Assembly: GCA_964270895.1 (NCBI GenBank)
Contig: OZ185438.1
Source of the DNA: Podarcis filfolensis
Taxonomy: Eukaryota
DNA: 64,000 bases
Direction: 5' to 3' (one strand)
Below are positions 38,874-51,200 of this stretch, piece after piece. The notes below the pieces were generated by a model. It had not been told where the DNA came from. It saw nothing but the letters and a program-made list of their open reading frames with translations, and made no database searches. Positions within the stretch are counted from its first letter, which is position 1. Each line of letters opens with the position of its first letter. A program made the translations under genes and the position numbers.

Positions 38874-39239
38874 GGGGACACAGGTGGCACTGCGGTCTAA
38901 ACCACTGAGCCTCTTGGGCTTGCCAATCAGATTGGCGGTTCAAATCCCTGAGATGGGGTGAGCTCCCGTTGCTCGGTCCCTGCTCTTGCCAACCTAGCAG
39001 TTCAAAAGCACGCCAGAAGAGCAAGTAGATAAATAGGTACTGCTCCAGTGGGAAGGTAAACGGCGTTTCTGTGCGCTGCTCTGGTTTCACCAGAAACAGC
39101 TTAGTCATGCTGGCCACATGACCGGGGAAAACTGTCTGTGGACAAACGTCGGCTCCCTCGGTCTGTAAAGTGAGATGAGTGCTGCAACCCCAGAGTCGTC
39201 TGCGACTGGACTTAACTGTCAGGAGTCCTTTACCTTTAC
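38874..39239 (+). mobile_element. Sauria SINE, full length
   Basis: Complete head to tail; perfect 12-bp TSD ATGGAAATCTGA (38862-38873 / 39240-39251). Confidence 0.95.
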
Positions 39240-40379
39240 ATGGAAATCTGAACTTGGCATCTCCTTCCCTCTCCCCAGCAGTAAAAACAAAGTGTAGATG
39301 TGTGTGAATGGACTTTTTGGAATGCTAGATCACAGGTCACCAACCATTTTGAACCCATGAGCAGTAGTTCCAAGTATGAAACTGGGCATGTGTATTCAGG
39401 TGAGATTTTCTGAAAGGAGGAGACAAGTCAGTCACTGCGACATTTTAAAGAGGGGCAGAATACTTAATGTTTAGATCTCACTACAGCCATCCCATGTCTG
39501 GGCAGAGGAATCCCTTTGTTGAGGCCTGTTAAAAAACTCTGTGTAATAAATGCCTTGCTATACTTCTAAGGCTGGAGATGGGTAATAAAGCATCTTGAAT
39601 ACGAACCATGTTGCTAGATGCTGGCTGGAATGAACTTGAACATTATTTGTATAGGTCTACTTTCTATGGTGACAAATCACAGCAGATATTCCTTTAATTC
39701 AGTGCCTGACGGTCAAAAAGATTTTTACTGAATATGTTTTTTTAAGTGCCTTTCTTTCTTGAAATAAGAGACTGAAACTCCCACTTTCCCTTCTGTGCTT
39801 ATAGCCACTCATCTTCTCTTGTGTTGAGTTCAAGTACTGGACCAATGCTCCCTCTGTATTTCTTTGCTCAAGGTCTACTTGGTGTAAAGCACTGACCAAC
39901 AGAATACCTTACCTCATATTTTAGCTTGTTCTGATAAAAAACCACACACACAGTTATGCAAAAACGTATGTTTTTCTTAAAGCATGGTTTAAGGCAAGCC
40001 TTATCATCTCAACAGCTTCTTGTTAAGACCATTAGCAACCCCTCCAGAAAGTATTCAACTCTATATGTGTCACAAAGGACCTGTCCTTTACTGGTGGGAT
40101 TTGGTGATAGAAGTCTGTATAATATCTTGACATCTAGTGCTGCGGCAAGATATAGAATTGGCGAGAGAGAAATTGTGTGTGTCTTGTTAAGTAGTTCAGG
40201 GCTCAATGCAAAGATGACATAGTCTGTTTGAAAGGCTCGCTCTAATTCAACTATTAGCTAATTGAAGCACTATTAGTAGTCTGGTACTGTGTGTAGAACT
40301 TTGTACAATTACACATTTACTTGCATAAATCAGGTACAGCTGATATCATAAAAAACTAACATATAAACACTGAACATGT

Positions 40380-40385
40380 TTTATT
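40380..40385 (-). terminator. Candidate SCML2 polyadenylation signal AATAAA
   Basis: First canonical minus-strand hexamer I found after the stop (~2.9 kb downstream), following a TE-free AT-rich UTR-like tract; unverified. Confidence 0.3.
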
Positions 40386-43267
40386 TTCTGCGTAGATGAA
40401 AACATCCAGTTGAAAATAATTAAAATATATATTCTGTTACAAACACTTGATAAGAGTTTGATATCATGCTATATATATAGTACAAGGTTAAGTTTCAGTA
40501 TGGCATTCTTGTTTCGTGTACACAATGCAATGCACACCCTTTCCCCTATTCAATGGCAAAAACCCACACTCCCAAAATGCATGAAGGAGGCTAAAATATT
40601 TGTAGAAAACATTTTAAAACCAACTGTAGGTTATATAAAATGAGTTGAACTATAAGATACTTGTTCTTCCAGTTGACGGCTAAAAATAACCACATGCATG
40701 CAAGATTGGGGTTTTCTCCATATTCAAATCTATTTTTTAATATTCTCTATCATGGAGTGGAATAAGCCACAGTTATTAGAATACACATTGTATTTTACAG
40801 TGTCTCTCTTCCACATGCTAGTTTGTATTAACAGCATTCAGAATTGCCACATTAGAAGCAAAAAGTTTGTCCAAGTATCGCTGATTAAAAAGTGTGGATA
40901 AATTTGGTTGAGTATGCGTAAATTTCACTTAGCCAAAAACTGCAGAAAAAATGTGTGGGGGTCTCTCAGACTGCAGCCACCAACATAAATGCCAAGTATT
41001 TGCTATCACATTACCCATGTCATGCATCTATTTTTCATTAAGATTAATTTCATAAAATATATTGCAGCCCTTGCAGCTCGATTCCAAACATCTGCAAGAG
41101 CTGTGTGGCACAGTTCCAAAGCCGTTCTGGGCTGGTATAATCGTTTGTACACTTAATAGAAGGAACTATTTAGCAGACACAACAAATATTAACATCAGGC
41201 TGTTCATAAAATACAACACACCTCTGAAGTAAACTCATTTAAATCATATTGCAGTGATTTAAAGAAATACTTAATCCTGGAAATTGTTTTGAAACTTTGC
41301 GGTACTTTTTGCTAAACCTGAGTAATACTAGTATACCAGCAAACAAGGCATTTTCAAATGAGTAATGTGTAAAAATACTTTCTTTAACTAGACACATTTG
41401 ATATAAAAAAGGCAATAAGAAATATAAAATCTACCTTCCTTTTTGGACTACATCTTCTCTATCATCACTTGTACTATTACATAGAGTACATTCCATTTCC
41501 TACACAGCAAATGTACACAATTGTCCCTGATATGATATTGGCAGTGACAGCAAAATGTTTTACTATCAGCACTTCTTGTAGCTTATAGAAACAGCACCAA
41601 AGTGTATAATACACACACACATCCATGTGCAGTTCAACTTCTTTGTTAAAATTGTCATTTCTTTCTACTTTAAAAGAAGCTGAGGGCAAGATAGAAAATC
41701 AGAACAAAAAAAAGTCACCACACTTTTTTTTCCAGAAATCTTCCCAGAACAAAATGGCTCAGCACGACATGATGAAAATCCAAAATATTGCATAGTACAG
41801 GGACATTCCCCTGCGTGAATCCACCTGTCCTTTGATTGTTTCTTATCCCTCCAGAAATGGAAAGCAAAGCAGACAGGTGTTAAGTCAATAACAGCAAGAA
41901 GACACATTCACTTTCATCCAGCAAGGGTGATCCACATGCAGCAAAAGGTGCTTTGTGGAGTTCAGACCCGTGCGTCTAGTACTAGAGCTGCGTGCAGAAA
42001 TACTTGCTGGATTTCACAGAACCTAACAGACTTCAGTGCAGTCAGGCCTGAAAGCATGAAATCATCTGAGATTTGGAGTGATAGAGGAAATGGATATAGG
42101 CCCTTTTCTTCCCCTCCCCACCCTGTCCTCCAGCAAGAAGCCTGTAGTTGTATGAGTGTCAAGAAATGATCATAGTGCTCAGCAGAGTGTTCACAAAGCC
42201 TCATACTGCGCATAACAATCTGTAAACAGAGGCCAAAATGGATTGTGCATGGGTTTTTTTTGTTTTGTTTTTACTGGTAAAACTTTTATCTCTACAGTTT
42301 GTCATCTGTCACAGTGCAAAAGTACCTTTTAAAAGACTTTCCAAAAAAATGAACACTATGTACAGCACAGAGGCATGTATCGTACTCACACACAAATATA
42401 CAAGCGCATGAACGTTTTATGTTCATGTTAAGCTCCACAGAGACGGAATGATTCAAAATGATAGGTGGCACAGGTTCCAGTGAGCGAGGAGGAAATTTGT
42501 TCACTCACCTAGAAAAGTTGGCTGTTCAAATCAGCCACGAGAACTTCCTTCTCAAAAAAGAAAAAGAAATACTGCCAGCTTAAATTGTCAACACTACAAA
42601 AATTCCCCTCATAATTTAAAACTCGTTACAAAAGCTTTCTTTTGTTTTTAAACACACAGCGCGCACACATACAGAACATTTCATATGGCTATTCCCTTTA
42701 TGGAAACCTATGTAGCGTAACTGAATAGCGATCTCCTGGAGTATCAGGATGTTAACTAAGAAGTGAACTCATTGCAGACATACCTTTTCCCGTTTAGCAT
42801 TATTAATTCAGTCACCTTTGCAAAACAAAGAATGTTAAGATCCTGATAGCATATTTTAATTCCTTTGGAAATTCAGCTGTTTTGGTTCTGAATGAAAATG
42901 CACCAGCTGAAGCCAAATGGTTGCGAATATATTTAGAACTTCCCATGTAAATACCCATGGCACTGCCTTTCCCTGCACCTTGAAAATTTTGTAAATACAA
43001 AAATGTAACTACTTTCTCTTGACAACAAATTTCATATTGTGGGGAAGAAACTTCTGGAAACCAGTGACAGTTTAGGACTGCACAGTGAATGGAACACTGG
43101 ACACGATCTGCTGGAAACTTGTTTTGCTGAAGTGAATGGACCATCTCCCATCCATTTCTAAGATGCTCAGTCAGGCAAAGTTCCCGCAGTATTGTGCCTT
43201 CCCCCATCTTGATGAACCTGAGAGGTTGTCCAATAAACATGTGACATTATAGTTGTGCATCAGTTGC

Positions 43268-43393
43268 TTAGTATTTCCCTTGCTTAAGTCTCTCGATGTG
43301 GTAGCACAGCTTTAGTGCAGGCCCCAACTTCAGTCCCATGTATTTCATTATCATATCACTCCTCAGTAGCAAGAGAGCCTTTCCATCAATTTC
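43268..43393 (-). CDS. SCML2: SCML2 last coding exon (SAM C-half: [41 protein letters not shown])
   Basis: CAG acceptor, phase 0, SPM/SAM signature, TAA stop. Confidence 0.95.
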   Translation of the reverse strand, partial: EIDGKALLLLRSDMIMKYMGLKLGPALKLCYHIERLKQGKY

Positions 43394-43585
43394 CTGTGGA
43401 AAGAGCACACAATAAGGATTAACCACCTGGTAATATCTTGGTCTAGAATCCTTGAAAGAAAAAATAGTACTAGGCTTGCATGAAACAATGTGCATCTGCG
43501 TGTAATAAGCTCAACAAGATACAGTAGGTTGTAGAGTACAGCCTTGGGGAACATCATACAGAGAATGATAAATTATGACCTGGGG

Positions 43586-43687
43586 CAGTCTTTGCCAACC
43601 TTGTACCCTCCAGAACACCTGTGCTGGCAGGGACAGATGGGAGCTGTAATCCCAATCATCTGGAGGGCACAAGGTTGGTAAAGGCTG
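43586..43687. mobile_element. Palindromic hAT-like MITE, internally deleted
   Basis: TIR CAGTCTTTGCCAACCTT / AAGGTTGGTAAAGGCTG; TSD ACCTGGGG / ACCTAGGG (7/8). Confidence 0.8.
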
Positions 43688-43710
43688 ACCTAGGGTCTTC
43701 GTCACGATTG

Positions 43711-44263
43711 TGAATGGAAGGAGCCCTTCTATTTGTGAAGCCTAATTAGGTGGTCTAAACCACTGTGCCACTTGGGCTTGCCGATCAGAAGGTCAGTGGT
43801 TCGAATCCCCGCGACGGGGTGAGCTCCCGTTGCTCGGTCCCTGCTCCTGCCAACCTAGCAGTTCGAAAGCACACCAAAAAGTGCAAGTAGATAAATAGGT
43901 ACAGCTCCGGCGGGAAGGTAAACGGCGTTTCTGTGCACTGCTCTGGTTTTGGTGTTCCGTTGCACCAGAAGCAGTTTATGTCTTGCTGGCCACATGACCC
44001 GGAAAAACTGTGAACAAATGCCGACTCCCTCGGCCTGTAAAGCGAGATGAGCACTGCAACCCCAGTCGTCTACGACTGGACTTAACTGTCAGGGGTCCTT
44101 TACCTTTAATTAGGATACCAGTCCTTTTTACAGCAAAGTATTTGTAGACATAGCTTTTTTTTAAAGCTAGTCTCAAGGATATTGCCAAAATACTTCCGAA
44201 TGTAAGTGCACTATTTGTGTTAAATTATTTTATATAGCAGAAACCCTGCCAAGCAAAGAAAAT
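43711..44263 (+). repeat. Inverted copy of 46738-46941 (SCML2 intron end plus first 26 nt of an exon), interrupted by a Sauria SINE
   Basis: 44167-44263 vs revcomp 46738-46834: 84/97 identical, ungapped; 44107-44155 vs revcomp 46859-46907: 47/49; 43711-43750 aligns more weakly to 46901-46941. Confidence 0.92.
43751..44106 (+). mobile_element. Sauria SINE, slightly 5'-truncated
   Basis: Sauria SINE body and tail; 8-bp TSD TAATTAGG. Confidence 0.93.
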
Positions 44264-45033
44264 TCTAAATTATTGGAAGGGTTCTGCAGGGAAGCTATTT
44301 ATTTGTATGCTGCCTTTCCAGAGTTCATGCTCAAGGCAGTTTACAACATGAAAAAAAACCCTCAACCACAACTTAACAAAAGTAGTCAAAAATAATAAAT
44401 AAAACATTAAAATATACAAAACCAAACTGAACCATTTCCAAATAAATCACAACATGATCTAAAATACAAAAAACCAGCATCAACAACCCCAAGGCCCAAG
44501 AGTCTGTTCAGCAGCCTCATCTTTTCGTAGTGGGAGTCAGTCAGCTATAGCCTCAAACTGGGAACCAATTTCAATTTGAGCTGGGAGTTGATTTTAGTCC
44601 TTTAAATGTTTCCTACCAAAAATGCCTGGTTGGATGGTGTATGCTTTTAACAATCAAGCAGTATATAAATTTTATGAAATAAAAGTTTTGCTGGGATTTT
44701 TTTTAACCAAAAGACTGGAAAGTTTTTGCCTGCCAAAATAAAAACAAAATGCAGAGATTATGTAGTCTCCAGTGGGCTGCCAGAGAATTACACAATAACA
44801 GGTCAAGCTTCACAGGCTAATAGAGGCGGCTTCTACTTTGAGAAATAATGAGCATTTGTAGTGAAGAACCCAACAGAGAATGTGAGTCATCACAATGGAT
44901 GGCTTCAAGTGAGCTTGCTATACGTTTTTTTTGTTTGTTTTTAAAGCAAAATGGTTTGTGTCCCTGGGAAAAAACCCACAATCTCTCAAAGGTTGTGCCC
45001 AAGTTTTTTTACTCTCATGTAGTACAATAGACT

Positions 45034-45360
45034 GGGACGCGGGTGGCACTGTGGGTTAAACCACAGAGCCTAAGACTTGCCGATCAGAAGGTTGGCGGTT
45101 CGAATCCTCGCGACGGGGTGAGCTCCCGTTGCTCAGTCCCTGCTCCTGCCAACCTAGCAGTTCGAAAGCACGTCAAAGTGCAAGTAGATAAATAGGTACC
45201 ACTCCAGCGGGAAGGTAAACGGCATTTCCGTGCGCTGCTCTGGTTCGCCAGAAGCGGCTTAGTCATGCTGGCTGTACGCCGGCTCCCTGGGCCAGTAAAG
45301 CGAGATGAGTGCCGCAACCCCAGAGTCGGCCACGACTGGACCTAATAGTCAGGGGTCCTT
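45034..45360 (+). mobile_element. Sauria SINE, young-looking, small internal deletion
   Basis: Intact GGGACGCGGGTGGC start; perfect 14-bp TSD TAGTACAATAGACT. Confidence 0.95.
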
Positions 45361-45407
45361 TAGTACAATAGACTAAATGTTGTAATATAAGCAAACAGCC
45401 TCCTTAC

Positions 45408-45571
45408 GTGTCTTCTGAAGAGTTCTGCGTGAGGCGCTAATGCCTGAGGATCAGCTTCTTTCACGAATCGCATGACTTCATCTATCGACCACATAGAAGG
45501 ATCCTTACTGGGTACACGGGAGGGTTCTCGTTTTAGCGTGCTGAGGTCGGGTCCTGTTGTGGAGCTTGCAG
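45408..45571 (-). CDS. SCML2: SCML2 penultimate exon (SAM N-half: ...SKDPSMWSIDEVMRFVKEADPQALAPHAELFRRH)
   Basis: AAG acceptor and GTAAGG donor, phases 1 to 0, 164 nt; not in the ORF track. Confidence 0.93.
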
Positions 45572-46481
45572 CTTAAATATAAAAAATCAAGAAACTGAGG
45601 AAGGTGGAAATGCCGTTTGTATAACCAGCTCATTTTGGACACACAACATCAAGTTCTTGGGCTACCATTTATAAATAAGAGGGGGCAGATTTCCACATGG
45701 TGATCCTTCCCTGCCATTCCTTGTGAGTGCCTCTCCATATAAGAAGGATTATATTTAATAACAATCTGTAAACACTTAGTGCTTTTTATTATTATTCATG
45801 CTGTGGTTAAATATACATCTGACTGCATTACTGGTTAATTAAGAAGGGTGGTAGGAGGGAAAATACCATATGGTGACTTTTTATATCTATAAAAGATCAC
45901 GTATGTTTCTCTTAAGGCTCCACTACACTTGATGTTCTGCCTACAGAAAAGAGTGAACTGGTATTTGTGAAATGCAACAATTAGCTCATCTGGCCAGACT
46001 TTCATAGGTTAGGAAGGCCTGAATAATACAGATTACACCACACTATATTTAAGGTACAGCAGGTTCAAAAATAGAATTGACAACTGAGAATTAACTACCT
46101 ACCAACTTCTGAGATATCAAGGAGAGTTGAGGAAATACCTAAACCACTGTTAAGGAAGACAGGAATCTTCAAGCATGATTTTTTCCCTACATTTCAGAAA
46201 TGGCTCTTCAGTGACCTACAACCAGCCAATCCCTTATAAACTCATTACAACATGAGGAATCTCTACAGAGCAAGATTGGGTGGCTAACTTGATTTCTGGC
46301 ATGTCTGATAACTTTGCAAGTTTTGACTTCTTTTTCAAATCCTTGCATATCAAAGCACGTTCAGAACCTGCTTTATAAACTAGTTTTTGTTCAACAAGGC
46401 AAAAAAAAGCAATAATATATGAGTTTATATATTGTTAAGAAGACAAAACAGAGCATGGACTTTTAAAGAACTAGATTGTAC

Positions 46482-46763
46482 CTTCAATCCTCCTCTGCAG
46501 CCGATTCCTGTTGACTTCATAGTAACTGCTGTTCCCAGCAGAACTTGACGACAGTCTCCGTAGAATTGGTGCTGTGTTTGAGGTAGCAGTCACTGGCGGA
46601 AGAGAATTCCTGTAATAGGCTGCACTCCCTGAGGTTCGATATTCAGTGGAATTCCGGCAGTTAGGGCTTGCGGGATTGACTAAATTAAGTGCAGAATCCA
46701 TTGAGTCCTCTGAAAATCTGTGTTCTTTGGAAGTGCCATTTTCTTCACTTGGCAAGGTTTCCG
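46482..46763 (-). CDS. SCML2: SCML2 exon, Ser/Thr-rich linker
   Basis: TACAG acceptor and GTACAA donor, phases 1 to 1, 282 nt open; its end resembles recalled human ..HEVKFQMQRKSE. Confidence 0.85.
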
Positions 46764-47409
46764 CTGTATAAAGTAATTTAACATAAATAATGCATTTACA
46801 TTAGGAAGTATTATGACAATATCCTTGAGAATAGGGTAGGTTTTTTTTGGGGGGGGAGAGCTATGTCTACAAATACTTTGCTGTAAAAAGGGCTGGTATT
46901 CTAATTAGGCATCTATGAATGGAAGGGCTTCCTCCATTCAAAGACAAGAACAAGACAGCATTTTCCCCATCTGCACTGGACAGCCTGATGCTGTTTATTG
47001 CCAGTGCACCATCGCTCCCCAGATTATAGTGGAAAAGACACAGAAGTAAGAGGGACTGTGCCTATATGGTAACTAGATTCCCCATAAAAAATACACAAAC
47101 AAGGGCGATTTCAGAGAAAAGGACTCCTGTAGAAGTGGCAGTAATCCCAGATGTGTATGGATTTGGGGTGTAATTTACGAATTGGTGAAGTAAGGAAACT
47201 ATGCCTATACATATTCATTTCTCCAGTTTTCATTAGAATCAACGTGCAGCTTGTTTTGCCTGTCCTAGTACTGAACAATATATGTAGATGTAAACCCACT
47301 GAAATCAGTGAGCTACACCGTATAGTGCAGTCCTGAGGAAGTAGCCTAGTGTGTTATTTGTGTGTTGAATATTTCCCCCTATCCTTCCAAGGTGGGTGTG
47401 CCTGCCACA

Positions 47410-47600
47410 GAATCCAGTACATGCCTGGACTGCATGAGAAAACAAGGAGTCCTTTCTGAATCAGGCCCGTCACCCATCTAGTCCAGCATGCTGTGGTCAT
47501 AGTGACCAGATGCCCATGGGAGGCTTGCAAGGAGGACCCAAGCGCAACAGCCTCTGACAACGGAGGTGAAACATAGCCATCATGGCTAGTAGCTACTTAT
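47410..47600 (-). mobile_element. CR1-derived 3' fragment
   Basis: AATCAGGCCCGTCACCCATCTAGTCCAGCAT...CCAGATGCC resembles reversed CR1 tails; degenerate. Confidence 0.45.
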
Positions 47601-47690
47601 CCTCCTATTCATGTGGGTTTTGGTGTGCTCTTGGGCTAGACTGTCTAGAAATGCAGTGCTTCGTTTGTAAAGAAATATAACAAGAGTTAC

Positions 47691-47804
47691 CTTCTGAGGG
47701 ATGAGCTTCAGTCCTTGGTAGTTTAGGAGACAGGGGGGCAGTATAGGACGGCGAATCCTGAGAATATCGCTTTGTACTTCTGTTGTCAGAGATTTCCTCT
47801 TTTG
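47691..47804 (-). CDS. SCML2: SCML2 exon (AKEEISDNRSTKRYSQDSPSYTAPLSPKLPRTEAHPSE)
   Basis: Polypyrimidine/CAG acceptor and GTAACT donor, phases 1 to 1; PLSPKLP matches SCML2. Confidence 0.9.
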
Positions 47805-50504
47805 CTGGGAGAGGAAAAAAAGGATTCACTTTAAAAAACAACAACCACCTAAGTTGCCTTATGTAGTTCCTACATTTCCTTTGAGGAAATGCTTTGGGCT
47901 GGTTCCTGTAGAAAAAACACCTATGGGAACCCTTGTGGGTTTTTCTACATGGCATGGATCTGTGAATATCTTGCTCATAAACCTTTCTATGCAAAAATGT
48001 ATGCCGATCTTCCATTCTGGTGTAACCACTTCCCTGTATGTGCTCCTCTGCAGAAATCGTTCCAAAGCGCTGTCTTTGGAGAAAACAGTTACGATGATAC
48101 CATTTGGTATTCATGAAGGGCTCTTTTCCCATGCATGTGCTGATAACGTTAGGTGTAAAGTTTATCTCCCCCCCAGTAGCTGAAGGCAGAAACCCCTGTT
48201 CAGTTTTGTAGAAGCTTTTGGTGTTCTCAGATCAGTTCTCTAACGGAAAGCCATTAGAAAGACCAGGCTCTAGGAAGTTGATAGGGCGCTTCCAGAGCTG
48301 GCACCCAAGATGGTAACTGTCCAGAGAGGGTCCCCAAGAGGAGCTTCTTTCTGAAGATTTTACTCCTGAAGCTACCAGGGAAGATGCAGATGAACTGACC
48401 TGCGCAGATGCACCTGATCTCTGAAATGGGTCCACTGAAGAGGTCAGGTGTGATGCCATGCCTAAGGGGTGACTTAGTTCATCAAGACCATAAGCCCCAA
48501 AATGTTTGCTAGGATTTTGGTGTAAGGAGGCAAAACCAAAATGGAGAACAATTTGACCATGACAGAGGGATGCCTATGGAAAGACTTCTTGTGAAGAGAG
48601 GAAGGAAGGTGAAATATAGAGCAGAAACCAAAGGGTCCCCTCTCTTTTTAAGTTCAGAGGTATAGGAAAAAGCTGGGGCAAATGGAGAGCAGAAAAAAGT
48701 TAGCAATGAGCTGACCAAGGGGCAGGAAAAGAGTGAAGGATAAGACACAACTAAGGTAAACATATTTTTTAAAAAACACTACTGGAGGAAAAGACTAGAG
48801 GTACTAAACAAACATACAAACCATAAAAACAAAAGCAAAACTATATACAGTAATATGCCAGAAGCAAAGATCATGGAGAGAGCATGCATGCCATGAACAC
48901 ACTTGGTAAAGTTACAGATAGGTAGCCGTGTTGGTCTGCCATAGTCAAAACAAAAAAATATTTTTTTCCTAGTTGGTCTTTAAGGTGCTACTGGAAGGAA
49001 AAAAATACACTTGGTAAAGGCAGAATACGGCTGATCTGAGAACATAAGAAGCTTCTAAAAATATGAACAGTGATTTCTGCCTTCAGTCATTAGGGGGAGC
49101 TGAACTCCCCACCTGATGTCACCCGTAAGCAGGAAAAAAAAGGTGTATTCTACACTGAAAAAGGAAACACAGTATATCACAGAGGAGCTGCAGTCAATTT
49201 GCTCATTGCAGCATGCAGCAATTGACATAATAAGCAATGATTAAAATGTGCATACTTAACCATCTGTGCATCTTTTTTTTAATGGCCATGGCAGATGCCA
49301 AACTACAGTTTCTCAAAAATATTGAAAGCACAGCCTTCAACTATTTCAGCTCCTGAAAATTGTGGGTACAGAAATAATAAGGTTGGAAGGGTATCATGTG
49401 ACAAAGAGAGTGAGCCAGGAAATCTGACCACTTCCCACCTCTCCCCAGTCATGCGCATCCTCAGTGACCTTAGGCTTCCAGCCACATTTCTCTCAGCCTC
49501 TTGTTTCATATACATAATTCATACAGGGATAACGGACCTTTCATAGGACAGTTGATGAGTTACTGCAATAACACATTTGGCATGCATGGTGGAAATGCTG
49601 CTTGAGCATTTTTTTAGGAAGTAACTCAGCTTTTTTAATCACTGTTGTCTAACAGAAAACCTTCTGAAAAGGCAGTTTTAGAAAATTAAGTAATAATGTA
49701 ATGCCTAGACAACTATGAAACTGGGTAGATTCAAATTCGCAATTAACATCTGCACGTGGCTATCTGAGGAAAAAATATATATAATCTCATGTTCACACAG
49801 CAATCCTATGTATGGCTATCTAAAAATTAAGTTCTACTGAGTTCAATGGGACTTACTCCCAGGTAAGTATACAATATATATGGATTGCAACCACAGTCAA
49901 TTTCTAATAAGTGCAATAAATAAATAATATTCCTTTATAAATCTGATGGGGGGGGGGGAGAGACAAAAACCAAAATTATTTAATCCACACCAAAAATCCA
50001 GCAGCATAAATATGAGGCTTGATGGTGAGGAGTGTCAAATTTTCAAATTGCTTATCAAAATCGGTTTGCTTTCTTTCTGCAACAGCCAATGAGCAGGATG
50101 ATGCCTGAGCAGCAACTGGTGTGGAATTAGCCCTACAAAAGGCACAAGGGAATATTCTGCTTTTCTTTATAAGTGTCTATTGCTGTATATGTTAAAATCT
50201 AGGAACAAGCTAAGACACTAAAACCTATTTTTAAAATCAAGACTCATAAATTCCTATGCCACGCTACACCAGAGAGGTTTCCTTTTAAGACTTAAGGTTG
50301 CAAAATCCATTGAATTTATCAGTGCTTGCTTATGATTGTGCACACATGGTATCAGGCAGCAAAGAAAAACAACAACACATCTTAAGCACAAGACTTAAAA
50401 TGGCTGTTTACACTGATATTCACAAATATAAATCCAACTGTGTGTTGTTGCTTTAAATACACTTCTAAAAATGCAAGGTGGGTTAGGGTGGTGGAGGGCA
50501 TTAC

Positions 50505-50687
50505 CTGGTTTGTTTCTATCATATTCAGTGGGGCTGTATGCACTTCCCATGTAAGGGCTGAAGGGCTGGCTGCTGAAAAGGTTATCGCACTGCAGGCTGT
50601 GGCAGAGCTTCTCCAAGAAGCGCAGGACAAACGAGGCACTGTTTACAGAAGGAAGACTGATGGCGTGCTTCTCCCCATCAAAGGAAG
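50505..50687 (-). CDS. SCML2: SCML2 exon, SLED domain C-part
   Basis: ASFDGEKHAISLPSVNSASFVLRFLEKLCHSLQCDNLFSSQPF; TAG acceptor and GTAATG donor, phases 1 to 1. Confidence 0.95.
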
Positions 50688-50949
50688 CTATAGGGTAAAA
50701 AGAAGACCTCAAATCACGGCGGGATTGATTGAAACACCAGTACCTACAGCAGAAGACCCCCGGTTTGACAGAAACAAAGGGTGTAAAAGGCAGAACATTT
50801 TGCCGTGCTTCTTGTGTTGTCTTTGCCAATTTCAATACCAAAGCTTGAACGTTTGTCCCTTGGCTAATCCGGCTAAGCTATCCTTTAAATAAAGGCAGCA
50901 CCGTAGGCTGATGCAAGTTTTGTTATATGGCTGTAAATTTCTCATCAAA

Positions 50950-51200
50950 GGCCAGTGTGGTGTAGTGGTTAAGAGTGGTAGTCTCGTAATCTGGGGAACC
51001 GGGTTCGCGTCTCCGCTTCTCCACATGCAGCTGCTGGGTGACCTTGGGCCAGTCACACTTCTTTGAAGTCTCTCAGTCCCACTCACCTCACAGAGTGTTT
51101 GTTGTGGGGGAGGAAGGGAAAGGAGATTGTTAGCCACTTTGAGACTCCTTAAAGGGAGTGAAAGGCGGGATATCAAATCCAAACTCTTCTTCTTCTTCTT
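50950..51200 (+). mobile_element. Squam3-like tRNA-derived SINE
   Basis: A box TGGTGTAGTGG, B box GGTTCGCGTC, CTGGGTGACCTTGGGCCAGTCAC core, (CTT)n tail. Confidence 0.85.

Noticed and set aside
42503-42510. Perfect minus-strand donor AG|GTGAGT in the presumed SCML2 3' UTR
   Set aside because: About two such matches per strand are expected by chance in 64 kb; no paired acceptor identified
48232-48234. Selenocysteine or programmed readthrough of the lone TGA
   Set aside because: No SECIS-like hairpin or CUAG readthrough context recognised, and the segment is not shown to be exonic
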